From a virus (lineage: Duplodnaviria > Caudoviricetes), in IMG/VR virus record IMGVR_UViG_3300027780_001348, positions 1 through 57,527 of that record: a DNA stretch of 57,527 nucleotides; one strand, given 5' to 3'. Positions 27,790 to 38,689 of the stretch are shown piece after piece (the stretch's first letter is position 1; every line of letters begins with the position of its first letter). Under the pieces are notes generated by a model. It was not told where the DNA came from, did no database searches, and was given only the letters and a program-made list of their open reading frames with translations. The position numbers and the translations under genes were made by a program.

Positions 27790-28590
27790 ATGAAACATAA
27801 CGAATTATTTAGAACAAGGGCTGCGAAGTTAAATGAGTCCATGTACAAGCAGTTTGGCAAGAAGCTAAACCTTGAGGGCTTTGACATTGCCAAGTTAGAA
27901 GATGCACGTAACAAGTTACGTACTCAAATCCACGATGCTAAAACAGCAAACGGATTTAACGAAAACTTAGAGAGTGATGCATTTCATCAAGCTCAAGCTA
28001 TGTTAGATGTATTAAACGCAGAACTATTAGAACGTGAAGAATCAGCAATTGATAATTTAGAAGTTCCAGCAACAAATCCCCAAGCTGAAGCGACTGAAAC
28101 AGGAGAAGATATGAAAGTAACAGAAGGCGAGATCCAACAAGCAAGTGCTATTGTAACTGCTAAAACTATGGTTGACCGAGTTGGACGTTGGATTGAAGAA
28201 CTTTCCGGTATGGAAAATGAAACACTACTTCAATTAGGCGATTCAATCCGCGACGAAATGGGCGCAGAACAATCAAAAGCATTTTTAGAAGCAAGTGCTC
28301 CAGCTATTCAACAAGCACTAGAAAATCTTAAACAGACACGTGAAACATTAGCAACGTCAATTAGACAGCTTACTGGTGAAGAAGCAGCAACAGGAATGTT
28401 AGGTGCAGAACCAGAAGAAGGTGGCGAAGCTGATATGGCTGCTCCGGCAGAGCCAATGGATGCAGAAGCTCCAGCAGAAGATGATTTTGCAGCAGCAGAA
28501 CCGTCAGCAGGTGGAATGGAAACAGCAGGCCGTGAGAAGCGTGAGTCTATTAACTACGAATCCAATCTATTAAGAACATTAGCAGGTTAA
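27790..28590 (+). CDS. acidic helical protein, putative prohead core/scaffold
   Basis: Multiple L/V-x-E sites, acidic linker, GREKRES motif, late promoter. Confidence 0.6.
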   Translation: MKHNELFRTRAAKLNESMYKQFGKKLNLEGFDIAKLEDARNKLRTQIHDAKTANGFNENLESDAFHQAQAMLDVLNAELLEREESAIDNLEVPATNPQAEATETGEDMKVTEGEIQQASAIVTAKTMVDRVGRWIEELSGMENETLLQLGDSIRDEMGAEQSKAFLEASAPAIQQALENLKQTRETLATSIRQLTGEEAATGMLGAEPEEGGEADMAAPAEPMDAEAPAEDDFAAAEPSAGGMETAGREKRESINYESNLLRTLAG

Positions 28591-28591
28591 C

Positions 28592-28948
28592 ATGAAACTC
28601 AGTGAGTTCTCAAAAGATCAAGAGCTTGAAGAGCTATTAGGTATTGGTACCTTAGCTCGTGGCGTAGGCTCCTTAGCTAAAGGTGTTGTCAAGACAGCAG
28701 TTGGCGGTGCTAAACTAGCCGGCAGAGCTGGATTAGGTATTGCTAAACTAGGAGACATGGGCGGCCAATTAGCACCAGCACTTGCAGGACGTGGCGATAA
28801 TGCACGAAGTGCAACAGGTGCAACAGCACAAACACCAGCTGAAAAGACCAAAGAAGTTGCTGTCGCAAAGAAAGAATATCAAGATAAAATATCCGAATTA
28901 GAAGCTCAAATTAGAGAGCTTCGTACAGCACAGGCGCAAGTTAGATAA
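28592..28948 (+). CDS. putative virion-internal protein
   Basis: MKLSEF...LEE N-terminus, Gly/Ala amphipathic segment. Confidence 0.65.
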   Translation: MKLSEFSKDQELEELLGIGTLARGVGSLAKGVVKTAVGGAKLAGRAGLGIAKLGDMGGQLAPALAGRGDNARSATGATAQTPAEKTKEVAVAKKEYQDKISELEAQIRELRTAQAQVR

Positions 28949-29316
28949 TGAGAATTTTTGAATTTGAAGGCACAGACGAAACTGTAGACAAATATGTTAT
29001 TTTGTTAAAAAACATTATTGGTCGTGCTGAAATGAAAAAAGCACCAGCTAAACTAAATTGGGAAGCATTATCTCAATTAGCACTTAAAACTAAAATCCAA
29101 CTAGCAGCAGACTACGAAACGTTTAAAGCAATTTACGACTCAAGTCCTGCAATCCAAACGCTAGTTAAGAACTTTAATGCCGACGGCATTGAGCTAAATG
29201 TTCCGGGAGCACCAGACGCAGATCCTCAATCACCACAAAGTGATCAGAGCAGTCAAGATGCAGTTGATCAAACAGCAGCAACAGCAGCTCCACAACAATT
29301 GGCACAAGAAGTTTAA
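28948..29316 (+). CDS. putative virion-internal protein
   Basis: MRIFEF N-terminus. Confidence 0.65.
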   Translation: MRIFEFEGTDETVDKYVILLKNIIGRAEMKKAPAKLNWEALSQLALKTKIQLAADYETFKAIYDSSPAIQTLVKNFNADGIELNVPGAPDADPQSPQSDQSSQDAVDQTAATAAPQQLAQEV

Positions 29317-29360
29317 ATTCACACTTGACAACTAGATAGAAAGGCTGTAATATATACAGT

Positions 29361-30071
29361 ATGACAGATCAAATAACAGTACTCGACCCACCACCGTTCG
29401 TTGAAAAATTCGATTATAAACCTCTCAAACAGATGAATGATCCTGTAACTCGTAAGCGAGTTTACTTGACACCCGATGGAGAAAAGCTACCTAGTGTAAC
29501 TACAATCCTTGGTGCAACTAAAGACATGACCCATTTAAATCTGTGGAAGAAGCGAGTAGGCGAAGCAAAAGCACAACAAATTGTAACAGAAGCTGCAGGG
29601 GTTGGCACAGCTATGCATGCCAACTTAGAACGTTTTATTGTAGGAATACAAAGACAACCTGGTAACAACCCTGTACATGTACAAGCAAACAAAATGGCAG
29701 ATGTCATTATTGAGAATGGCTTAAAGCATGTAGACGAAGTATGGGGTATGGAACAATCATTATACTATCCTGGACTGTACTCAGGCACAACTGATTTATG
29801 CGGTGTGTTCAAAGGCAATCCAGCGATTATGGACCATAAGCAAACTAACAAGCCTAAGAAATTAGAGTGGGTAGAAGATTACTTCTTACAGATGGTAGCA
29901 TATGCAATGGCACACAACGAAGTGTACGGCACAGAGATACGTGAAGGTCACATTTTTATGTGCAGTAGAGATTTGCAATACCAACAGTTTGATCTTACTC
30001 CAGATAACTGGAACGAGTATCAAGACAAGTGGCTATCTAAAGTAGAAGAATATTACGCACTAAAGAGTTAG
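29361..30071 (+). CDS. PD-(D/E)xK exonuclease (Cas4-like phage exonuclease)
   Basis: LPSVTTIL, GTAMH, E...Y.GTTD, IMDHK, Q..AYA. Confidence 0.88.
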   Translation: MTDQITVLDPPPFVEKFDYKPLKQMNDPVTRKRVYLTPDGEKLPSVTTILGATKDMTHLNLWKKRVGEAKAQQIVTEAAGVGTAMHANLERFIVGIQRQPGNNPVHVQANKMADVIIENGLKHVDEVWGMEQSLYYPGLYSGTTDLCGVFKGNPAIMDHKQTNKPKKLEWVEDYFLQMVAYAMAHNEVYGTEIREGHIFMCSRDLQYQQFDLTPDNWNEYQDKWLSKVEEYYALKS

Positions 30072-30074
30072 GCA

Positions 30075-31208
30075 ATGGAACAGTTGTCTATTGGTGAGAA
30101 GTCATTATTCTTTGATCCAACAACTCATAATCTAAATGAATTAACAAGCTATCTTCCTAAGGATCAAAACACAACAGATCCTTATTTAGATGCACGATTA
30201 CAGCTTTCTAAGTGTCCATACTTTGTTTTTATAAATCTAGCAACAGCTTCGGATTTGACCTATCTAGATAAAATACGAAAGGTTATTAAATTTAGATGGC
30301 GCAAATCAAATAAAACTTATGTTGTATTCAACTTTACATATGAAGACGGCATTAGCCAAACTGATTTTGATAGGTTGCTTAAAATAACTAGACTTGTCCC
30401 TCAAGAACGAAAACTTGTATTACTAAACTCTTCAGCACAGTGGCAGGACAAAGGCTCAACTAAGTTCCGTCACAAAACGCAGTATATAGATTTATTTGCA
30501 ATATCAGCAGTACAACGAGAACTAAATGGTATGCCTGTGTGTACTATGCCTGTTGTTGAACGAGAGCCTAATATTAATTTACTGCTAGGTAGAGTAGGAA
30601 AGAACAAAAGAACAGAAGTTCTTTATGAATTTTGGAAGCAACAGCTTCTAGACAATTCGGTTATGGGGTTATTAGGCTCTTCCAGCGATCTAGCTTTTAA
30701 CAAATCTTTGCCTGAAACTATAGAAAAACTATTCTTAGAAGCAATTGAACCGCATTGGGGTCCTGCTGATAGCGTAAGTGTTCCTGATTACGATCCTAGT
30801 ACATCTCAAGGGTATTCTAATGACACTTATAAAATCTATAACAACTCTTGTGTAAGTTACATATGCGAAACATGGGAGTATACACAGCCTATGCAGCATA
30901 CATTTATTACAGAAAAGACTTATAGAGCAATACTTAATAGAAGTCCGTTTGTTATACAAGGTACTAATGGTATATTGCATGACCTTAAAACTAAAGGATT
31001 TCATACATTTGAAAAGTTTATTAAAGAAAACTATCAAGGTAACGTTAGAGCAACAGTAGAAGCTGCTAATAAACTCCGTGAAATGGTTAAATTGTACCCA
31101 GAAGAGATACAAGAGATAGTAGATCACAACTACAGAGTACTACATAAAATAAACCGCAAACAAATCCAACAAATGAACCGAGCGTTCGCTGAGTTGAAGG
31201 ACAATTGA
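30075..31208 (+). CDS. glycosyltransferase-like protein
   Basis: ET...FITEKTYRAI...PFVIQG...L...GFHTF...HN pattern. Confidence 0.6.
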   Translation: MEQLSIGEKSLFFDPTTHNLNELTSYLPKDQNTTDPYLDARLQLSKCPYFVFINLATASDLTYLDKIRKVIKFRWRKSNKTYVVFNFTYEDGISQTDFDRLLKITRLVPQERKLVLLNSSAQWQDKGSTKFRHKTQYIDLFAISAVQRELNGMPVCTMPVVEREPNINLLLGRVGKNKRTEVLYEFWKQQLLDNSVMGLLGSSSDLAFNKSLPETIEKLFLEAIEPHWGPADSVSVPDYDPSTSQGYSNDTYKIYNNSCVSYICETWEYTQPMQHTFITEKTYRAILNRSPFVIQGTNGILHDLKTKGFHTFEKFIKENYQGNVRATVEAANKLREMVKLYPEEIQEIVDHNYRVLHKINRKQIQQMNRAFAELKDN

Positions 31209-31244
31209 TATAAATACTAATATAAATTATTAGGAGCAATGCAC

Positions 31245-32816
31245 GTGGCTGTAGTTCAAATATCAAAGATTCAAATCCGTAGAGGTAAAAAGAACTCCTC
31301 AAGTGGTGTACCACAGTTAAGTTCAGCAGAATTGGCTTGGGCAGTAGACACACAAGAACTTTATATTGGTAATGGGTCTACACAGGAAGGCGCACCTGCT
31401 GTTGGTAACACAAAAGTACTAACAGAGCACGATAATATATTAGAACTAGCATCTAGTTACAAATTCTCTTCTACAACACCATCAATTACACAGAGTACAT
31501 CACGTACACTACTAGGAAAGATTGACGAAATTGAAGTTAGTGTTGCAGACTTTGGAGCAGTTAGTGACGGCTCAACTGACAACGTTACAGCTTTTGAAAA
31601 TGCATTTACACAGTTATTTAGAAATGCTGATCCTAACTTTAAGAAAGTACTAGTAGTACCAAACGGCGAGTACTTGTTTACACAAGATCTTAAAATTCCT
31701 AGTAATGCAATCATTAGAGGCGAAACAGCTAGTGGTGCAGTACTAAATCTTGACACAACAAACATTCAGCTTATCAGTGCTAACGGAACAGCTCTTGCTT
31801 CATTCTCAAGTAGCGATAGACCGTCTAACATTGAAATACATAATATTACATTAAAGCGTTCATCGGGTTCGTTAGTATTAACAGGACTTAAAGATGCAGA
31901 GTTCAACAGTGTTATCTTTAAGGGCGAATACAATCTAGGTAACGTGGTATCTTCATATGCAACTGAGCCAGCCGCAGTTATTTGGGACAACGATCTTGCT
32001 GGACTAAAAGTAGATAATATTAAATTTAAAAATTGTACCTTTAAAGAAAACTCAATTGGTATTAAGAGTACACAAACTATTGTTACAAACACTAAAGTTC
32101 AAATCATTGACTGTAACTTTAATGAGTTAGACACCGGTATATACATTAATGGTGTTGTAGGTCAAGGTAACAACTGGATTGTTAACGACTGTAACTTTAC
32201 TGAAGTTGCTGCCCAAGCATTTAAATCAGTATACGGGTATGGTACAATAATTAACAGATGTGATTTTGTTAGTTGCGGAAACGGCACAGGCTCATCTGCT
32301 AACCCAACAACAAACATTGTTACGTTTGGTGAAAGTAGAAACAACGTAGTAAAAGATTGTACTAGTGACAGACAACAAGATGCAGGTATTGTAAACACAG
32401 AAACAGTAGCAGCAATAGCTGAAGTATCTGGTAGTGACTTAACAAGTTTAAATGACAGAAACTATTCGCCAGTTTATACAACTGACAGTTTTAGACCTGT
32501 TGCAGTATTTTCAGCAATGAATACATTTATTACATTAAACTACACACTAAGGCTAGCAAACCACATTAGAAAAGGCACAGCACACATTACAATCGGAGAT
32601 GATGTGTCTAAACTATCAATTTCCGACAACTACGAGTATTCAGATACTTCTGTAACTTCAACAGGCGGCATACTTATGACCGGGTTTGAATTTGCAGCAT
32701 CGTTGCGTGACAACGACACTGACAGTGGTATAGACACGGTTGTATTATCCTACAAGAATCCAATTGCGACAGGCGCTACCGGCGACCTATCGTTTGATAT
32801 ACAGTACGGAATATAG
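31245..32816 (+). CDS. tail spike/fibre with pectate-lyase-like beta-helix
   Basis: IQIRRG...ELAWAVDTQELYIG head; V.DFGA..DG.TD...AF, VPNGEY, repeated NCxF. Confidence 0.85.
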   Translation: MAVVQISKIQIRRGKKNSSSGVPQLSSAELAWAVDTQELYIGNGSTQEGAPAVGNTKVLTEHDNILELASSYKFSSTTPSITQSTSRTLLGKIDEIEVSVADFGAVSDGSTDNVTAFENAFTQLFRNADPNFKKVLVVPNGEYLFTQDLKIPSNAIIRGETASGAVLNLDTTNIQLISANGTALASFSSSDRPSNIEIHNITLKRSSGSLVLTGLKDAEFNSVIFKGEYNLGNVVSSYATEPAAVIWDNDLAGLKVDNIKFKNCTFKENSIGIKSTQTIVTNTKVQIIDCNFNELDTGIYINGVVGQGNNWIVNDCNFTEVAAQAFKSVYGYGTIINRCDFVSCGNGTGSSANPTTNIVTFGESRNNVVKDCTSDRQQDAGIVNTETVAAIAEVSGSDLTSLNDRNYSPVYTTDSFRPVAVFSAMNTFITLNYTLRLANHIRKGTAHITIGDDVSKLSISDNYEYSDTSVTSTGGILMTGFEFAASLRDNDTDSGIDTVVLSYKNPIATGATGDLSFDIQYGI

Positions 32817-32986
32817 TCCAAATGAGTAAGAAAAATAAATATTTTTCTTGCTCTTCACACAATCTGACGTTATACTTAATTAAGAACTTTAAACAGGACC
32901 AGAGGTAAAAAGTTTCAGCCAGCTATGGCATGGCAGGCAGTGTCACCAATACTAAATACCTCTGTACACACAAGAATGAGAGACAT

Positions 32987-35296
32987 ATGAGCAAAGAAAT
33001 TTACATCACAAAACGATCAGGAGAAAAAGAACTACTCGACTTAGACAAAATGCATTTTGTTGTAGAAGAAGCATGTTCTGAACTTGCTGGAGTAAGTAGT
33101 TCACAGATTGAAATGAACGCAGACTTACAATTCTACGATGGTATGACATCAGAAGAAATCCAAGAAATTTTAATTAGAAGTGCAAATGACCTTATTAGTC
33201 TAGAAGCACCCAACTACCAGTTTGCAGCAGCACGATTATTATTATACGGTCTGCATAAGAAAGTTTACAAGCGTTATGAACATCAGTCTCTCAGCCAAAT
33301 AATTGATGATAATATTAAGCGTAAGGTGTACGACCCTGCTATCAAAGACAAGTATTCTGATACAGAACTTAAAAAGATGAATACCTGGATTAAACATGAG
33401 CGTAATGAAGATTTTACCTATGCTGGCCTGCGTCAAGTAGTTGACAAGTATCTTTGCCAAGATAGAAGTAACGGAGATATTTACGAAACTCCACAATTTA
33501 TGTACATGATGATTGCAGCTACACTATTTGCTGACTATCCTGCAGATACACGATTATCATATGTTAAGAGGTATTACGATGCGACCAGTCTTTTTAAAAT
33601 CAACATACCAACACCAGTCATGGCTGGCGTTCGTACTCCAATCCGGCAGTTTGCTAGTTGCGTTCTGGTTGACGTTGATGATACTTTGCCTAGTATCTTT
33701 AGCAGTAACAGTGCTATCGGGTATTACATTGCTCAAAGAGCAGGCATTGGTATTAATTCGGGTCGTACGAGAGCTATTAACTCTAAAATCAGAGGTGGAG
33801 AAGTAGCACACACAGGTGTGATCCCATTCCTAAAAGTTTACGAATCAACAGTTAGAAGTTGTACACAAAATGGTGTACGTGGTGGTAGTGCAACTACACA
33901 CTTTCCTATTTGGCACTACGAAATTGATGACATCCTTGTACTAAAAAATAACAAAGGAACTGAAGACAACCGTGTACGCAGATTAGATTATTCTATTCAA
34001 ATTAACAAGTTGTTCTATGAAAGACTTTTGAGTAACGGCAACATTACTCTTTTCTCGCCGCATGATGTTCCAGAAGTGTATGATGCATTCTTTTCAGGCA
34101 ATAACGAATTGTTTAAAGAAGTATACGAAAAAGCAGAGCGCAAGACATCTATTAGAAAGAAAACAATTCCAGCAAAAGAGTTGTTTGGTAATCTATTAAA
34201 AGAACGTGCTGAAACAGGACGTATCTATATTATGAATGTTGACCACTGTAACTCACACAGCTCATTTAAAGATCCTGTGTTTATGAGTAACTTGTGTCAA
34301 GAAATTACATTGCCAACTAAACCTATTCAGCACATTGATGACGAAGAAGGCGAAATTGCATTGTGTATTTTGTCAGCTATTAATGTAGGACTTATTAATC
34401 ACCTAGAAGAACTTGAGCCGTTGTGTGAACTAGCAGTAAGAGCACTAGAAGAGATTATTGACTATCAAGGGTATCCAGTTAAGGCTGCTGAAGTTAGTAC
34501 CAAAGCAAGACGTTCCTTAGGTATAGGCTATATTGGCCTTGCACACTATCTTGCAAAAAACAAAGTAAAGTATAGCGAGCATGATGCATGGAAACTTGTA
34601 CACGAACTAACAGAAGCATTTCAATACTACTTGTTAGTTGCAAGTAACAAACTTGCTCAAGAACGTGGAGCATGTACAGCTTACCCCCAAACTAAATACA
34701 GCGAAGGCATACTACCAATCGACACTTACAAGAAAGATATCGATAAAGTAGTTAAAGCGGAGTTGCAGTATGATTGGGAGGCTTTACGAGTACAGATTAA
34801 GGAACATGGACTCAGGCACAGCACATTGTCCGCACAAATGCCTTCGGAGAGCAGTTCCGTTGTGTCGAACGCTACCAATGGAATTGAACCACCCAGGGGA
34901 TTCTTGTCCGTTAAGAAGTCAAAGAAAGGGCCTCTTAAACAAGTTGTTCCACAGTATTCGCAGTTAAAGAACTTTTATACATTACTTTGGGATATGCCAA
35001 ACAACGATGGTTATATTAACGTAGTGGCTGCAATGCAAAAATTCTTTGATCAATCCATTAGTGGTAATTGGTCATACAATCCATTACACTACGAGAACAA
35101 CGAAGTTCCGATGAGTGTAATGATGAAAGATATGTTAACAACTTACAAGTTAGGTTGGAAGACATCATACTATCAAAACACCTACGATTTTAAAGGTGAT
35201 GAGGATAAAGAAGCGGCTGTTGAAGAACAGCCATTAATGAATGGCTCTACTCTTCCTGTGTTGGAAGATGATGAGTGCGAAGCATGTAATATTTGA
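32987..35296 (+). CDS. nrdA: Ribonucleotide reductase class Ia alpha subunit
   Basis: ATP cone, PTPVM, QFASCVL, SNLCQEI, MPSESSS, NGIEP, C-terminal CEAC. Confidence 0.97.
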   Translation: MSKEIYITKRSGEKELLDLDKMHFVVEEACSELAGVSSSQIEMNADLQFYDGMTSEEIQEILIRSANDLISLEAPNYQFAAARLLLYGLHKKVYKRYEHQSLSQIIDDNIKRKVYDPAIKDKYSDTELKKMNTWIKHERNEDFTYAGLRQVVDKYLCQDRSNGDIYETPQFMYMMIAATLFADYPADTRLSYVKRYYDATSLFKINIPTPVMAGVRTPIRQFASCVLVDVDDTLPSIFSSNSAIGYYIAQRAGIGINSGRTRAINSKIRGGEVAHTGVIPFLKVYESTVRSCTQNGVRGGSATTHFPIWHYEIDDILVLKNNKGTEDNRVRRLDYSIQINKLFYERLLSNGNITLFSPHDVPEVYDAFFSGNNELFKEVYEKAERKTSIRKKTIPAKELFGNLLKERAETGRIYIMNVDHCNSHSSFKDPVFMSNLCQEITLPTKPIQHIDDEEGEIALCILSAINVGLINHLEELEPLCELAVRALEEIIDYQGYPVKAAEVSTKARRSLGIGYIGLAHYLAKNKVKYSEHDAWKLVHELTEAFQYYLLVASNKLAQERGACTAYPQTKYSEGILPIDTYKKDIDKVVKAELQYDWEALRVQIKEHGLRHSTLSAQMPSESSSVVSNATNGIEPPRGFLSVKKSKKGPLKQVVPQYSQLKNFYTLLWDMPNNDGYINVVAAMQKFFDQSISGNWSYNPLHYENNEVPMSVMMKDMLTTYKLGWKTSYYQNTYDFKGDEDKEAAVEEQPLMNGSTLPVLEDDECEACNI

Positions 35297-35308
35297 GGAA
35301 GACACACA

Positions 35309-36412
35309 GTGAACAAGACCGTTTTTAATAGAAATAAAGTAGACTTTACTAAAGAGCATATGTTCTTTGGTGCAGATCAAAATACACAACGTTATGATGT
35401 ATTCCGGTATCCGGAGTATGACAAATTAAATCAGACTATGCTTGGGTATTTTTGGAGACCTGAAGAAGTAAGTCTACAAAAAGATCGTGGAGACTATGCT
35501 GAGTTTACAGAAGCTCAAAAACATATCTTTACGTCTAATCTAAAATACCAAACACTACTTGATAGTGTCCAAGGCCGCGGACCTTGTCTAAACTTTTTAC
35601 CTTACTGTTCTAATCCAGAATTAGAAAGTTGTATTGTAGCATGGGACTTCCAAGAAACTATCCACTCACGTAGCTATACACACATTGTTAAAAATGTATA
35701 TTCCGATCCTGCAGAAGTATTTGATACTATCTTAGATGACGAACAGATTATTGCAAGGGCAGAAAGCGTATCACGTGAGTACGACAAGTTTCACGATATG
35801 GTAACAAACCACATGTACAAAGGTAAAGGTACACTGTATGAAGTTAAGAAGCAACTGTACAAAGCAATGATGACTGTAAACATCTTAGAAGGTTTGCGTT
35901 TTTATGTATCGTTTGCTTGTACTTTTGCGTTTGGTGAACTTAAAAAGATGGAAGGCTCTGCAAAGATTATTTCATTGATTGCACGAGACGAAGCAACACA
36001 CCTTAACCTTTCTACACACATTCTTAAGCATTGGGCTAAAGGCAACGATGACCCAGACTTTATTAAAATTGCAAAAGAGTGTGAAGAAGAAACATACGAA
36101 ATGTGGCGTACATGCGTAGACGAAGAAAAACGTTGGGCAGACTACTTGTTTGAAAAAGGATCTATTGTAGGTCTTAATGCTAATTTGTTACATGCTTATG
36201 TTGAGTTTATTGCAAACAAGCGTTTAAAAGGTCTTGGCCTAAACACAATTTATGATCGCCCTCTAAACACTAATCCGTTACCGTGGACACAACATTGGTT
36301 ATCAAGCTCAGGCTTACAAGTAGCACCTCAAGAAACAGAAATTGAAAGCTATATCATTGGCGGTGTTAAACAAGATGTTGAAGAAAACACGTTTGACGGA
36401 TTCGAACTTTAA
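35309..36412 (+). CDS. nrdB: Ribonucleotide reductase class Ia beta subunit
   Basis: FWRPEEV, ETIHSRSY, EGLRFY, DEATH, PQETEIESY. Confidence 0.97.
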   Translation: MNKTVFNRNKVDFTKEHMFFGADQNTQRYDVFRYPEYDKLNQTMLGYFWRPEEVSLQKDRGDYAEFTEAQKHIFTSNLKYQTLLDSVQGRGPCLNFLPYCSNPELESCIVAWDFQETIHSRSYTHIVKNVYSDPAEVFDTILDDEQIIARAESVSREYDKFHDMVTNHMYKGKGTLYEVKKQLYKAMMTVNILEGLRFYVSFACTFAFGELKKMEGSAKIISLIARDEATHLNLSTHILKHWAKGNDDPDFIKIAKECEEETYEMWRTCVDEEKRWADYLFEKGSIVGLNANLLHAYVEFIANKRLKGLGLNTIYDRPLNTNPLPWTQHWLSSSGLQVAPQETEIESYIIGGVKQDVEENTFDGFEL

Positions 36413-36426
36413 AGATAAGTAATAGT

Positions 36427-36594
36427 ATGTACAAAACACAGTTCAAAAAACATTCACCGTACGAAAGCTGGACAACATACGGATCATATAGTAGCGAGGC
36501 TCAAGCAGTCAACGCTGCTATTTCCAAGAAGAACGGTGGCTCCATCATGGTTAGGGTAATTAATAAACAAAAGTCAATTGTTTACGTAGGATAA
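36427..36594 (+). CDS. small hypothetical protein (55 aa)
   Basis: Hand translation MYKTQFKKHSPYESW...; fills the nrdB-glutaredoxin gap. Confidence 0.65.
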   Translation: MYKTQFKKHSPYESWTTYGSYSSEAQAVNAAISKKNGGSIMVRVINKQKSIVYVG

Positions 36595-36598
36595 AAAA

Positions 36599-36853
36599 AT
36601 GATAGAAATATATGGCAAACCTAGCTGTCCATTTTGTGATAGAGCTAAAAAGTTTTGTGAATCGAATCAATTAAAATTTAAGTATTTTCAACTTGATGTC
36701 GATTTTACAAGAGAAGGATTATTTGAAATGTTCCCCACAGCACGTACTTTCCCACAAATTAAAGTACACAGCGAATCCATTGGCGGGTACCAAGAACTAC
36801 TTGAATATGTCGAAAACACCGGGTACAATGGCACCGGGTCTACATTAGGATAA
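36599..36853 (+). CDS. glutaredoxin
   Basis: CPFC, TFPQI, IGGY. Confidence 0.93.
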   Translation: MIEIYGKPSCPFCDRAKKFCESNQLKFKYFQLDVDFTREGLFEMFPTARTFPQIKVHSESIGGYQELLEYVENTGYNGTGSTLG

Positions 36854-36856
36854 AAA

Positions 36857-37147
36857 ATGTTAATTGATCTACCGTACAAAATAGGAGATAATGTCTCCTT
36901 TAAATTAAGCTCAGGCGAAGAGATTGTTGCCCGCTTAGAAGAAGAAAATGAAAAAGGATTTACACTGCATAAACCAATGGTATTAATTGCAGGCAAAGAA
37001 GGACTAGGACTTGCTCCGTTTATGTTTAGCGTAGCACCTACAGGAAAGTTTGTACTACAATCACAAGCTATTAGTTGTGTTGCTAAAACAGAAGTAAACA
37101 TCAGCAAACAATATACACAACAAACTACCGGAATTGCGGTAGCATAA
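36857..37147 (+). CDS. conserved phage hypothetical protein (Sm-like fold?)
   Basis: KLSSGEEIVA motif. Confidence 0.75.
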   Translation: MLIDLPYKIGDNVSFKLSSGEEIVARLEEENEKGFTLHKPMVLIAGKEGLGLAPFMFSVAPTGKFVLQSQAISCVAKTEVNISKQYTQQTTGIAVA

Positions 37148-37155
37148 ATACTAGT

Positions 37156-38187
37156 ATGCCAGAAGTAGTAAGAACAAACGTAGATAAACACAAAGGACAT
37201 GCAAGTCCTACACCAAACCCATTTCATCAAGAAGCATACACAGTTGGTTCTCCAGATGTGTTTACTAACTTTGAAAAGACTGTACGCATAGGCGATACTA
37301 CCAAATGTGGTGACCCTGCAACAGGAGGTTCATTAAGTGTTTGGATTAACAATATTCCTGTTCATCGTAAGGACGATGCAACTGGTGGACATGGAAGTTG
37401 GGTAGCTAATGCGGCCGCAAGTGGTTCATCAGACGTTTGGGCTAACGAAGGCTATGTACCACCTATTATACTTTCGCCGGCACAAGCAGCAGCAATTAAT
37501 ACAGTAATCCAAGAAGCAGTATCAAATCCTCCCGATGTAGGTGCAACAGGTGGTGGACAAGCCAACGGAACTATTGCAGAGAATCAGGTACCAGTAAGGT
37601 ATGAAGGTGCTCCAGCAGCAGGTGTTGATGATTTAGGAACAAACGAACAAGCCTTGGTTGATGCAAGTGCTGCCAATTCAACAGCAGCAGCAGATGGTAT
37701 TCCAGGATTCTTAAGTCAAGTACTAGCAGAAGCTAATAATGATCAATGGGATGAATACGGAACAAATCCTAATATTCTTAATCTATGGTCAGAGTTAGGC
37801 TTTCCGGATACAGCATATTGGAAAACAGATAGTACACCTTGGTGTGCAGGATTTTGTAATTGGGTACTAAAACGTACAGGTTACAAATATATGCAAAGTG
37901 CTAGAGCATATGACTTTAGAGATAAAACAAGTTTATATGGTGGTGTTCCTATACCACTATCAGATGGTCAACCGGGTGATATTGTAGTATGGAACTACAG
38001 TCACGTTAACTTTATATACACTGTTCCGTCGCCAGGAGTTTATTCTTTTGTTGGCGGTAACCAAAGTGATAAAGCGAGTGCCACTAATAACAATCCATCG
38101 GGTGGAACGATTACTAATAGCTGGAAAGGCGGATGGACCCAGAGTAGAGGTAGGATTAGTGGAATCTTTCGACCAGTTGTTAAATAA
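37156..38187 (+). CDS. PAAR spike-tip domain fused to a CHAP/NlpC-like peptidase
   Basis: H..H, GS.DVF.N, R.GD..C PAAR repeats; C-terminal PWCAGFCNWVL...PGDIVV...HV...GGNQS. Confidence 0.85.
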   Translation: MPEVVRTNVDKHKGHASPTPNPFHQEAYTVGSPDVFTNFEKTVRIGDTTKCGDPATGGSLSVWINNIPVHRKDDATGGHGSWVANAAASGSSDVWANEGYVPPIILSPAQAAAINTVIQEAVSNPPDVGATGGGQANGTIAENQVPVRYEGAPAAGVDDLGTNEQALVDASAANSTAAADGIPGFLSQVLAEANNDQWDEYGTNPNILNLWSELGFPDTAYWKTDSTPWCAGFCNWVLKRTGYKYMQSARAYDFRDKTSLYGGVPIPLSDGQPGDIVVWNYSHVNFIYTVPSPGVYSFVGGNQSDKASATNNNPSGGTITNSWKGGWTQSRGRISGIFRPVVK

Positions 38188-38268
38188 GCCACGAATAGTA
38201 TTATATGTTTGATTATACAATAACTAATACTACAAGGCAAAGACAAACTTTGCTAGAAGGATGGCTTT

Positions 38269-38688
38269 ATGAATAAAATCAAAAAGTATTTATACCAGGC
38301 ATTAGGATTCTTGTGTGTAGGTTTAGCCTACATCGGTATCGTAACTCCTGGAATACCATTCAGCATATTTTTAGTAATTGCTGCATGGGCGTTTGCTAAG
38401 AGTTCACCTAAAATGGAGGCATGGTTATACAATCATCCTTGGTTTGGTAAGTTCTTAACAAATTGGAACACTAAACGTATTTTCCCTACTAAGGGAAAGT
38501 ATGCAATGGTATTTGTGATGTCAACAACATTACTTGCAACTTATCTTGCTACTGGCAATATTAAAGCAGTAGTATGGAGTGGTGTGTTTATGTTAGGCGT
38601 TGCAATATGGGCTTGGAGATATCCAGGTTCAGAAGAGGAACACGCTCGTCGTGTTCGTGAAGGAAAGCGAGTAGCTTGGTTAAAGTAA
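38269..38688 (+). CDS. YbaN/DUF454 inner-membrane protein
   Basis: G...PGIP...F...AAWAFAKSSP...WL..HP.FG. Confidence 0.88.
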   Translation: MNKIKKYLYQALGFLCVGLAYIGIVTPGIPFSIFLVIAAWAFAKSSPKMEAWLYNHPWFGKFLTNWNTKRIFPTKGKYAMVFVMSTTLLATYLATGNIKAVVWSGVFMLGVAIWAWRYPGSEEEHARRVREGKRVAWLK

Positions 38689-38689
38689 T

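Noticed and set aside
32987-36412. Introns or inteins in nrdA/nrdB
   Set aside because: Both ORFs are continuous and of normal length.
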